Shown in pieces: positions 19,852 to 29,450 of a stretch of 64,000 nt of DNA; positions within the stretch are counted from its first letter, which is position 1; each line of letters opens with the position of its first letter. Origin of the DNA: an uncultured Spirochaetota bacterium (GTDB lineage: Bacteria; Spirochaetota; Spirochaetia; SZUA-6; Fen-1364); NCBI GenBank assembly GCA_963845325.1, contig CAWJRT010000013.1, forward strand, positions 128,614 to 192,613, written 5' to 3'. The position numbers were made by a program, and so were the translations under genes. The notes under the pieces are model-generated. The model was given only the letters and a program-made list of their open reading frames with translations. It was not told the origin of the DNA and searched no databases.

Positions 19852-19868
19852 TGGCATGGCTATTGCAA
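19852..19868 (+). promoter_or_regulatory. sigma-54 (RpoN) type promoter, TGGCAT-N5-TTGCA
   Basis: TGGCATGGCTATTGCA matches the -24 GG / -12 GC consensus TGGCAC-N5-TTGCW with correct spacing. It sits in an AT-rich tract about 20 nt upstream of the first gene of the hydrogenase island, which implies a very short leader. Confidence 0.5.
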
Positions 19869-19886
19869 CTAAAATATCAGATCGTC

Positions 19887-20245
19887 ATGAACCTGAGCGA
19901 GCTTTCGCAAAAAATCAATGCGCGCTTCTATCCCAGCACGGGACGTTACACGGAAGCCCGGACCGTCCATGCTGCAGACACGATGAGCAGCCTGATCGCC
20001 AACGCGTCCCGCGACACGCTGCTCGTGACAAGCCTGAACAACAACCAGTTGATTCGCGTTGCCGAGCTGATGGATGCTCCAGGGCTGTGCCTCGTCGGCG
20101 GCGCGCAGCCAAGCCCGGAGCTGCTGGACCGGGCGCGCGAGGCGGGGGCGGCGATCATGGTGTCTCCTTGCGGCCTCGACGAAACCCGGCGGCTGCTGGA
20201 GGAATGCCTCGCCGGCTCCCCGGTCAGAGTGGAGGCCGGGCATGA
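19887..20245 (+). CDS. DRTGG domain protein (1 apparent frameshift near the 3' end)
   Basis: MNLSELSQKINARFY...HAADTMSSLIANASRDTLLVTSLNNNQLIRVAELMDAPGLCLVGG. An ATGA overlap with the next gene (20242-20245) exists only in a shifted frame. Confidence 0.7.
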
Positions 20246-20668
20246 TCACCATGAGCTACCGCATTTCGGGGGCGATTTCGACACCGGCGGTCTTGCAACG
20301 CGCCAGGCTCAAGGAGCAGCTTGCCCGGATCGGCGTCGGCGCGGCGCGCGATGCGGCGGGCCATGATCGCCTCGTACGAGGCGGAGATGAACGTGGTCAT
20401 CCACGCCCGCACCGGCACGCTCTGGGCCCGGCTGGACTCAGGGAAGCTGGACCTGGAGATTGCCGACGAGGGCCCCGGCATCCCGAACGTGGAGCTGGCT
20501 CTCCGTGAAGGCTGGTCCACCGCGTCCGAGAAGGCGCGCGAGATGGGATTCGGCGCCGGGATGGGCCTCCCGAATATCCGCAGGAACAGCGACCTGTTCG
20601 ACATCGAGACCCGGGTCGGCCGGGGCACGCGCATCCGCTCGACGATCCTCCTGGACGCGGTGCGATGA
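20242..20668 (+). CDS. anti-sigma-factor-like Ser/Thr kinase / HATPase_c protein, interrupted by about 3 apparent frameshifts
   Basis: MITMSYRISG + GDFDTGGLAT + LKEQLARIGVG + AMIASYEAEMNVVIHARTGTLWARL...EIADEGPGIPNVELALREGWST...GFGAGMGLPNI, spread over three frames within the first 110 nt. Confidence 0.75.
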
Positions 20669-21843
20669 GCACCGAGCTGCCGGTTCTGGCACGCGGCGCC
20701 GCGGAGACCGTCGGGCGGTCGCCGCGGGAGCACTGCCGCAAGTGCCTGCGCTGCATCTTTGCCTGCCCGACGGGGGCCCTGCGCGTGCACGCCGCGGGAC
20801 CCGATATCCGGGCCGGGCTCTGTGTCGGCTGCACCGCCTGTTTCGGCGAATGCCGGTCCGGGGTCTACGGAATTCGTGAGCCGGGAGGACGCAGCGGACG
20901 ATTTTCCCGGCGCTCCCCGAAGGAGCCGTGCTCGTCATCCCCGGGGGCTTTCTCTCCAGCATTTCCCTCGGCGGCTCGGACCGTGTTCTGGCGGCGCTCT
21001 CGCTCGTGCGGATTCTCCGAAGTGCGGCTCCTGGAGGAATGGACGGAGGCGCTTGCGAGCGGAGGCGCGCGCGGCCGCCGTTTCGGGGCAGCGCCGCCCT
21101 GCCCCTCATCCCGCCTGTGTGCCCGGCCGTTGTCGCGCTCGTGGAGAGCAGGTTTCCCTCGCTGATTCCCAACCTCGGTCCGTGGCTCTCCCCGATCGAA
21201 GCTGCCGGCGAGGAGTTCCCCTTGCGGCACGTGTTCCTCGTGGCGGCGTGCGCGGCGCAGTACGAGTCTGCGCAAAGTGCGAGCCTCACCGACCGGCTCA
21301 CCGTTCTCAGCCCGACACCGCTTGCGGAGGCCGTGCGCGGCTGCCTGGCTTCCCGCGCAGACGCCGGCCGGCTGCCGCTGCGCACGTCCGCGCGGCGAGC
21401 CCGAGAGGGCGCCCGGGGAGCTTGCGGTGAGCGGTGTGCGGCACGTGATGCGCGTGCTTGCCATGGCCGAGGCAGGCGCACTCCCCGGTGTCACCCTCCT
21501 CGACCTCTCGCTCTGCGAGCAGGGTGCTCGGGCTCGCCGCTGCTGTCCGCCGAGCCCGGCCTCGGCGCTGCAGGCGCCGGCACGATGGCGGAGAGTGACG
21601 CGGCGGCGGTCCGCCGGGCCCGGCCCTATGCGCAGCGCCCCGGCGTAGCGGCTGGATCCGGACATGGGCGCGGCCATCCGGGCGCTGGGGAGAATCGACG
21701 CGCTGACGCGCGCCCTGCCCGGCCGCGACTGCGGGGCGTGCGGGGCTCCTTCCTGCGCGCTCTTTGCGGAAGACGTGATCCTCGGCAGGGCGGACACTTC
21801 GACATGCCCGCATGCCTCCCCTTCCATGGAGGAAACAGGATGA
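20665..21843 (+). CDS. HydS-like [FeFe]-hydrogenase homologue (ferredoxin + H-domain-like + C-terminal Fe-S domain), at least 5 apparent frameshifts
   Basis: N-terminal 2x4Fe-4S (CRKCLRCIFACP, CVGCTACFGEC). Degenerate H-cluster motifs PVCPAVV, AACAAQYE and LCEQGCSGSP. C-terminal LPGRDCGACGAPSCALFAEDV (RnfB-type FeS domain). ATGA overlaps at both ends. Confidence 0.7.
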
Positions 21844-22212
21844 CCCTTGGGAAGATCGTTTCGTCTCTCGGCCTGGAGGTTCTTACGCCCGAGCTTTCCG
21901 TCAACGGCGGCGCCGAGGTGACGCGGGGGCACGCCTCGGACCTGCTGAGCGACGTGCTGGCCAACGCGCCTTCCGGCGGAGTTCTCCTGACGATCCAGGT
22001 GCACATGAACGTCATTGCCGTGGCCCTGCACGCGGGGCTGGCGGCGGTGGTGTTCACCCAGGGGATGCGGCCCGAGGAGAGGCGTGCGGCTGAAGGCCGT
22101 GCAGGAGGGCCTGCCCCTCCTGGCCACGGCCGAATCCACCTTCGACCTGGCGGGCCGGCTGTACGCGCTGGGGCTGAGGGGAAGGGGTGACCGGGGTGAG
22201 GCGGCAGCGTGA
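21840..22212 (+). CDS. DRTGG domain protein (1 apparent frameshift)
   Basis: MTLGKIVSSLGLEVLTPEL...GHASDLLSDVLANAPSGGVLLTIQVHMNVIAVALHAGLAAVVFTQG, then ORF 22015..22212 (AVQEGLPLLATAESTFDLAGRLYALGL). Confidence 0.75.
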
Positions 22213-22987
22213 ATGACGCTGGCCGCGGACATGCACATCCACACGGTGCTCTCGCCCTGCGCCTCCCGCGAGATGACGCCGCCGGCCATCGTGCGGGAAG
22301 CGGCGGAAAAGGGCATTGCGATGATCGCCGTGTGTGACCACAACACCGCGGGCAACGTGCGCGCTGTCGTGGAAGCCGCCGCCGCCGCTCCCGGACGGCC
22401 CCGCCGTCATTGCCGGCATCGAGATCACCACCGTGGAAGAAGTGCACGTCCTGGGCTGGTTCCGCAGCCCCGCGGACGCGTGCGCCGTTTCCGACGAGGT
22501 CGCCGCGGGCCTCCCGCCCTGGCGGCCGCTGGCGCTGCGGACGGCGCGCCTCCGCGGCTTCAGCTCTCCGCGAGCCTGAGCAGCAGCTCATGGACGCCGA
22601 CGGGAACGAGACGGGGATCGAGACCCGGATGCTGGCCGCGGCAAGCAGGTTCACGCTGTCGGAGGCGGTGGACCTCATCCACCGGCACGGCGGGCTGGCG
22701 GTGGCCGCCCACGTGGACCGCAGGAGCTTCAGCGTGCCGGGGCAGCTCGGATTCATCCCGGACGGACGTCCCGTTCGACGCGCTGGAAATCTCCGCGGCC
22801 GGGGCCGCCCGCGGAAGGGCGGCGGATTTCGCTGCGCACGGGCTTCCCCTGCTCAGCTCCTCCGACTGCCACTTCCTGGAGGACATCGGCACCGGCTTCA
22901 CGGTGCTGGAGGTCGCGGAGCCGGCGTTCGACGAGATCGCGCAAAGCGCTGGGAATGGTCGAGGGCAGGGGGTGCGCGATTGCGTGA
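22213..22987 (+). CDS. PHP-domain (histidinol-phosphatase-like) metal-dependent phosphoesterase, at least 3 apparent frameshifts
   Basis: MTLAADMHIHTVLSPCASREMTPPAIVREAAEKGIAMIAVCDHNT; IAGIEITTVEEVHVLGWF; LIHRHGGLAVAAHVDR; LLSSSDCHFLEDIGTGFTVLE. The 3' end is uncertain. Confidence 0.7.
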
Positions 22988-23527
22988 GATCAGCCTGCAC
23001 ATCCTGGACCTGATCGAGAACGCCATCCGGGCCGGCGCGACCGTCATCGCCGTTGCCGTGGAGGAGGAGCCCGAGCAGGACCTGCTGTGCATCGCCGTGG
23101 AGGACAACGGCCCGGGCCTCGCCGTTGCGGCGGACACCGCCGCCGATCCCTTCTTCACCACCAAGGAAGGGAAGAAGACGGGGCTGGGGCTGAGCCTGCT
23201 GAAGTTCCGCGCCGAGCAGGCCGGGGGATGCTTCCGCCTGGAGAGGTCCTGCCTGGGCGGGCTGGCCGTGCGGGCCACGATGCCCCTGTCCCACGTGGAC
23301 AGGAGCCCGCTGGGCGACCTGGCGGCCACGCTGGCCTCCGTGGTGTGCACGAGCCCGGGCGTGGAGCTGCGCTCCCGGCTGCGCGTGGGCAGCAGGGAGT
23401 GGCGCGTGAGCACGGCCGAGATCTTGCGGGGGCTGCCCGTGGGCGGCCGCAGCGAGATCGCCGTGGCGCGGCGCATGAAAGAGCGAATCGCGGAGGGGCT
23501 CACGGCCCTCCAGTGTCTCGGAATAAG
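22980..23527 (+). CDS. histidine-kinase-like ATPase (HATPase_c) protein without a DHp domain
   Basis: TTG at 22980 opens LREISLHILDLIENAIRAGATVIAVAVEEE...IAVEDNGPGL...FFTTKEGKKTGLGLSLL (N and G boxes). The end is uncertain: the frame stays open into the next gene, and a shifted TAA lies at 23525-23527. Confidence 0.65.
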
Positions 23528-23562
23528 CGGAATGAACCAGACGACAGGAAGGGAGAAGCGGC

Positions 23563-24197
23563 ATGACCGAGGTTCAGCAAAACGACCGCCTGCGCGTGCG
23601 GCGGCGAGGCAACCGAGCAGCAGCTCATGGAGCGGCTCGACGAGGTTCTCACGGAGTACCAGGGAAAGCCGGGTGCGCTGATCCCCGTGCTGCAGATCGC
23701 CCAGGGCATCTTCGGCTACCTGCCCGGAGCGTGATGAAGCGCGTGGCGCTTCGGCTCGGCAAGTCCTACAGCGAGGTGGCGGGCGTCGTGGGCTTCTACT
23801 CCTTCTTCTCCACCGTTCCGCGGGGAAAGCACCTGGTGCGGGTGTGCCTGGGCACCGCCTGCTACGTGCGCGGCGGCAAGCAGGTCCTGGAGGCCTGCCG
23901 GCAGGAGCTGGGCATCGACGTGGGGGGCACAACCGCGGACGGCCTGTTCACCCTCGAAGTGGCCCGGTGCTTCGGCGCCTGCGGCCTGGCCCCCACGATC
24001 ATGATCGACGAGGACGTGCACCAGCGGGTGAAGCCGCCGAAGCTGCGCGCGCTGTTCTGCCGCGTACCGCGACGGGCCGGCGCCGAGGAACCGTCGGCAC
24101 GCGAAGAAGCAGACGGCGGCGAAGAAGCCGCCCAGGAAGACGGCGCCGGCCGTCCCGCAAAGGCACGGTGCGCAGGGAAAGGGTGGTGGCGAAATGA
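23563..24197 (+). CDS. hydC: NuoE-like [2Fe-2S] subunit of NAD(P)-linked [FeFe]-hydrogenase, at least 2 apparent frameshifts
   Basis: GALIPVLQIAQGIFGYLP, VCLGTACYVRGGKQVLEA and ARCFGACGLAPTIMIDE (the four Cys of the NuoE cluster). A basic C-terminal tail ends with an ATGA overlap at 24194-24197 in a shifted frame. AGGAAGGGAG lies upstream of the ATG. Confidence 0.75.
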
Positions 24198-24577
24198 GCG
24201 AAAAGATCAGCAGTCCCCAGGACCTCCTGAAGCTGCGCGACGCGGCCCGAAGCCAGGTCGACCTGCGCGGGGGACGTGAAGGAAGCGCAGGTCGTGGTGC
24301 ACATGGGCACGTGCGGAATTGCCGCGGGCGCGCGCGACATCGTCGCGGAGCTCGTGGCCGAGCTGGACAGCCGGGGCGTGCAGACGGTGACCGTGCGGCA
24401 GTCCGGTTGCATCGGTCTGTGCGACCAGGAGCCCATGCTCACCTACACCGACAAGACCGGGCGCAACTTCCTCTACGTGAACCTGACGCGGGAGAAGGTG
24501 CGGCGAGATGGTGGAGCGCCACATCGTCGAAGGGCTAGCCCGTGGAGCAGTACATCATGAAAGGAGAGGCGACATGA
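24194..24577 (+). CDS. thioredoxin-like [2Fe-2S] ferredoxin domain protein, 2 apparent frameshifts
   Basis: MSEKISSPQDLLKLRDAARSQVDLRG + QVVVHMGTCGIAAGARDIV...VRQSGCIGLCDQEPML + MVERHIVEG...[16 protein letters not shown] overlap with the next gene. Confidence 0.7.
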
Positions 24578-27500
24578 GCCGATCGAGATGCAATGTCCTG
24601 ATCTGCACCGGCGGCGGCTGCGTGGCCTCCGGCGCCCTTGAGCTGAGCGCGGCCATGCGGGCCGCCATCAGAAGCACGGCCTGGAGGGCGAGGTGCAGGT
24701 GTTCGAGACCGGCTGCCTCGGCCCCTGCGCGGCGGGCCCGGTGGCCGTCGTCCATCCCGACGGGATCCTCTACCAGAATCTCAAGCCCGCCGACGCGGAG
24801 CGCATCGCCGAGGAGCACCTGCTGAAGGGCAGGATCGTCGAAGGAGCTCGCGTACGAGACAGCGTGCCGGAGAGCATGGAGGCGCTGGGCCTGCAGGAGA
24901 TCCCGTTCTTCCGCAAGCAGGTGAAGATCGTCCTGCGCAACTGCGGGCTCATCGATCCGCTGAAGATCGAGGAGTACATCGCCCGGGACGGCTACATGGC
25001 CCTGGCGAAGGTGCTCACCGAGATGACGCCCGAACAGGTGATCGATGAGGTGAAGAAGTCCGGCCTGCGCGGCAGGGGCGGCGCGGGATTCTCCACGGGC
25101 ATGAAGTGGGAGCTCTGCCGCAAGGCGCCGGGCACGGAGAAGTTCACGCTCTGCAACGCGGACGAGGGAGACCCGGGCGCGTTCATGGACAGGAGCGTGC
25201 TGGAAGGTGATCCGCACAGCCTCATCGAGGCCATGACCATCGCCGGCTACGCCATCGGCTCCTCGCAGGGATACGTCTACGTGCGCGCCGAGTACCCCCT
25301 GGCCGTGGAACGGCTCACCCGGCCATCGAGCACGCGCGCGAGCGCGGCCTGCTTGGCAAGAACATCATGGGCACCAGCCCACAGCTTCGACCTGGAGATC
25401 CGGATGGGGTCAGGCGCATTCGTCTGCGGAGAAGAGACGGCGCTCATGACCTCAATCGAGGGCAACCGGGGCGAGCCGCGGCCCCGGCCGCCCTTCCCCG
25501 CGTTCAAGGGGCTCTGGGGAAAGCCGAGCCTCCTGAACAACGTGGAGACCTATGCCGCGATCCCGGCGATCATCCTGAAAGGTTCCGGCTGGTACGCCTC
25601 CATGGGAACCGCGAAGAGCAAGGGCACGAAGGTGTTCGCCCTGGCCGGCGCCGTGAAGAACACGGGCCTCGTGGAGATCCCCATCGGCATGCCGCTGGGC
25701 GAGCTGGTCTTCGACATCGGCGGCGGAATGAGGGAAGGCAAGACCTTCAAGGCCGCGCAGATCGGCGGGACCATCGGGCGGCTGCATCCCGCGGCACCAC
25801 CTGAACGTGCCCGTGGACTACGAATCCCTCGCCGAGCTGGGCGCCATCATGGGCTCGGGCGGCCTCATCGTCATGGACGAGGACACCTGCATGGTGGACA
25901 TGTCCCGGTTCTTCCTCGAGTTCGTGCAGGACGAATCCTGCGGCAAGTGCACGCCCTGCCGGGTGGGCACGAAGCGGATGCTGGAAATCCTGGACCGCAT
26001 CTGCGAGGGCAGGGGGCAGGAGGGAGACATCGAGCGCCTGATCGACTCGGGCAACACGATCAAGGACACGGCCCTCTGCGGGCTCGGCCAGACAGCGCCC
26101 AACCCCGTCCTCTCTGCAATCCGCCATTTCCGCGAAGAGTTCGTCGAGCACATCAGGGACCACAAATGCCGCGCTGGGCGTGTGCCCCGAGCTGGTGCGC
26201 GCCCCGTGCCAGAACGCGTGCCCGGCGGGCGTGGACGTGCCGGGCTTCGTGAGCCTGATCGGGGAGAAGCGCTACGACGAGGCGCTGACCCTGCACCGGG
26301 AGAGGAACCCGCTCGCGGCAATCTGCTCCCGCGTGTGCTTCCATCCCTGCGAGAGCAAGTGCCGGCGTTCAACGCTGGACGATCCGCTTTCCATCAGGTC
26401 GCTGAAGCGCTTCATGGTGGAGCAGGAGAAAGAGTTCAACCTTCCGGCGATGACCCTGGACGGCGCCAACGCAAAGAGGAAGGTGGCCGTCGTGGGCGCG
26501 GGCCCCGCGGGACTTTCCTGCGCGTACTTCCTGGCGCGGCTGGGCTACCGGCCGACGGTTTTCGAGGCTGCCTCGGAGCCCGGCGGGATGCTCGTGCAGG
26601 CCATACCCGGCCTACCGGCTGCCGCGCGACATTCTGCGCCGCGAGATCGGCATGATCGAAAAGCTCGGCGTGAAGATCAAGACGAACAAGACGCTCGGCA
26701 GGGACTTCACCCTTTCGAGCATGAAGGAGATGGGCTTCGAGGCGGTGTTCGTCGCCGTTGGCGCGCCGAAGGGCGCCGGCCTGGGAATGAAAGGGGACGA
26801 GGCGGCGGGCGTGACGGAGGCCATCGACTTCCTGCGGCAGTACAACCTCACGGGCAAGGTGCCCGTGGGAAAGAACGTGGTCGTCGTGGGCGGCGGCAAT
26901 GCGGCAATCGACGCGGCGCGCACGGCAATTCGGCTGGGCGCTTCCTCCGTCACGGTGGCGTACCGTCGGACCCGCGCGGAGATGCCCGGCCTACATGGAA
27001 GAGGTGGAGGAGGCCGAGCGCGAGGGAGTGAAATTCCAGTTCCTCGTTTCGCCGATGGACCTCATGCACGAGAAGGGGAAGCTGGCGACGGTGAAAATGC
27101 GCCGCATGGGGCTGGGCGATTTCGACCGGACGGGCCGGCGCAAACCCGTGGCTGACCCGCAGAGCGACTTCGACATGCCGGGCAGACCAGCTCATCGCCG
27201 CGGTGGGCCAGGCGCTCGATGCCGAACGGATCTTCAACGGCGTATCGCTGAAGCTCAACGACCGTGAGTTCATTGCGGTGAACCCGGTGAACGGGCAGGC
27301 CTCCGAGGAATGGGTGTTTGCAGGAGGCGATGCGGTAAGCGGCCCCTCGTCTGTCATCGAAGCAATTGCCGCCGGAGAAAAGGCGGCGGCGGGGATGCAC
27401 GCTTTCCTCGCCGGCGCGGGCGACATCCCGTGGCGGTCCTCGAAGGTCGTGGACACTTTCTTCGATCCGGATGCCGACCCCGCGATGGGCGGGCGTCCCG

Positions 27501-27640
27501 GGCTGAAGATGATCCCCGTATCGCGGCGCAGGGGTTTCGCAGAGGTGGAGACCACCTGGTCATCCGCCGTTGCCCTGGCCGAGACGAAGCGCTGCCTTCG
27601 CTGCGACTACCGCGAGCCGGCCGCGCCGGCCGTCCACTAG
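24574..27640 (+). CDS. hydB: NuoF-like flavoprotein fused to a GltD/NfnB-like NAD(P)H:FAD oxidoreductase module, about 8 apparent frameshifts
   Basis: N-terminal 2Fe-2S thioredoxin-like domain ([10 protein letters not shown]...[10 protein letters not shown]). NuoF core ([49 protein letters not shown]). [10 protein letters not shown] then continues across one indel (about 26170), with no stop, into [24 protein letters not shown]. After that come [28 protein letters not shown] and [10 protein letters not shown] (the GltD/NfnB pattern). AAAGGAGAGG lies upstream of ATG 24574. Confidence 0.75.
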
Positions 27641-27653
27641 AGAGGAGAAAGAA

Positions 27654-29423
27654 ATGCCATCCCTGACCATAGACAACAAGACGATCAGCGTGACGGACGG
27701 AACGAGCCTGCTCGAGGCCGCCCGGCAGGCCGGCGTCCAGGTTCCCAGCCTCTGTTACCTGAAAAAGGTGCAGGCCATCGGCTCCTGCCGCGTATGCCTG
27801 GTGGAGGTGGAGGGCGCAAAGACCCTCACGGCCTCCTGCGTCACCCCTTGCTTCGAGGGCATGAAAGTGCACACCAACTCGGCGCGGGTCCGCACGGCCC
27901 GCAAGGCGGTCGTCGAGCTGATCCTCTCGGACCACGAGGGGGACTGCCAGACCTGCGACAGGAACGGCGATTGCGAGCTGCAGTCCGTTGCGCGCGACCT
28001 GGGCATCCGGGAGATCACCTACGCCGGCGGCAAGAGCGTCCGGCGCAAGGACACCAGCACCCCGGCCCTCGTGCGCGACACGGCCAAGTGCATCCTCTGC
28101 CGGAGATGCGTCACCGTCTGCGGCCAGACACAGGGCGTGGCCGCCATTTTCCCGCAGAAGCGCGGGTTCCAGTCCGTCATCGGGCCGGCCTTCGCTTCCG
28201 ACCTTGCGGACGTCGTGTGCGTGCAGTGCGGGCAGTGCGCCGCGGTGTGCCCCGTGGGAGCCATCGGAGAGAAGGACGAGGTCGCGAAGGTCTGGGCCGC
28301 CATCGACGACCCGACGAAGACCGTGCTTGTGCAGACCGCCCCGGCAATCCGTGCCGCGCTTGGGGAATGCTTCGGGTTCCCGCCGGGGACCCTGGTCACC
28401 GGGCAAGATGGTCACTGCCCTGCGGCTTATGGGGTTCGACAGGATCTTCGACACGAACTTCACCGCGGACCTCACCATCATGGAGGAAGGCACGGAGCTC
28501 TTGACCCGGCTGAAGAAGGCGCTCGTGGATGGTCAGCAGGTGCCTCTCCCCTTGTTCACCAGCTGCTCGCCGGGCTGGATCCGCTACGCGGAGCATTTCT
28601 ACCCTGAAATCCTCCCCAACATCTCCACGTGCAAGTCGCCTCAGCAGATGTTCGGCGCCATTGCCAAGACCTACTACGCGGAGAAGATCGGAAAGAAGCC
28701 GGAAGACATCTTCGTCGTTTCGGTGATGCCCTGCACGGCGAAAAAGTACGAATCCCAGCGTCCCGAAATGTATTCCAGCGGCGTGCGCGACGTCGATGTC
28801 GTCCTTACCACCCGGGAGCTCGGCCGCATGATCCGCGAGGCCGGCATCAACTTCCCGGGCTTCCGGACGGCCAGATGGACAGCATCCTCGGTGCCTCCTC
28901 GGGTGCCGCGGACATCTTTGCCAACACCGGCGGCGTCATGGAGGCGGCCCTGCGGACGGTGTACGAGATCGTTACCGGCCGCCAGCTGCCTTTCGACAAC
29001 CTGCACGTTGCTCCAGTGGCGGGGCTCGCGGGGGTCAAGGAAGCGGCGATCAAGATCGAGGGCACGGTGCGGGAATGGGCGTTCCTCGAAGGGGTCACCG
29101 TGAAGGTGGCCGTTGCCCATGGGCTGGGCAACGCGCGGCTCCTCATCGAGAGGATCAAGGCCGGTGAGCAATACCATTTCGTGGAAGTCATGACCTGCCC
29201 CGGAGGCTGCATCGGCGGCGGCGGCCAGCCGCGCGTCACGACGGACGAAGTGCGCCTTGCGCGCATCGCGGCCATCTACAAGGAGGACGAGGGCAAGTCC
29301 ATCCGCAAGTCCCACAACAACCCCGAGGTGGCGGCCATCTACGAGGAGTACCTCAAGAAGCCGCTCGGGGAGAAGTCGCACCACCTCCTGCACACGAAAT
29401 ACACAGCGCGGGAGAGGGTGTAG
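27654..29423 (+). CDS. hydA: [FeFe]-hydrogenase catalytic subunit (M3-type HydA), 2 apparent frameshifts
   Basis: 2Fe-2S domain, HEGDCQTCDRNGDC, CILCRRCVTVC and CVQCGQCAAVCP. H-cluster motifs FTSCSPGW (L1 variant), MPCTAKKYE (L2) and EVMTCPGGCIGGGGQP (L3). Pieces lie in ORFs 27570..28607, 27988..29103 and 28629..29423. AGAGGAGAAAGAA lies upstream of the ATG. Confidence 0.85.
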
Positions 29424-29450
29424 GACGGGAGACGGGACGCGGGGGCCGCA

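Noticed and set aside
20865-22355. Long antisense or alternative-frame ORFs. Examples: 20865..22355(-), 28674..30155(-), 32064..33881(-), 47044..48735(+), 51079..53010(+), 11651..12883(+), 3659..4882(+), 5165..5995(-)
   Set aside because: These are typical GC-rich shadow ORFs. Their composition is Arg/Gly/Pro/Ala-dominated, they have no motifs, and each lies opposite or overlapping a gene with clear family signatures.
23563-24577. A possible NuoE-ferredoxin fusion through the Lys-rich frame (AKKQTAAKKPPRKTAPAV...) that is in phase with ATG 24194
   Set aside because: Three frames are open here. An ATGA stop/start overlap exists in another frame. With this indel density, the linkage cannot be decided from the sequence alone.
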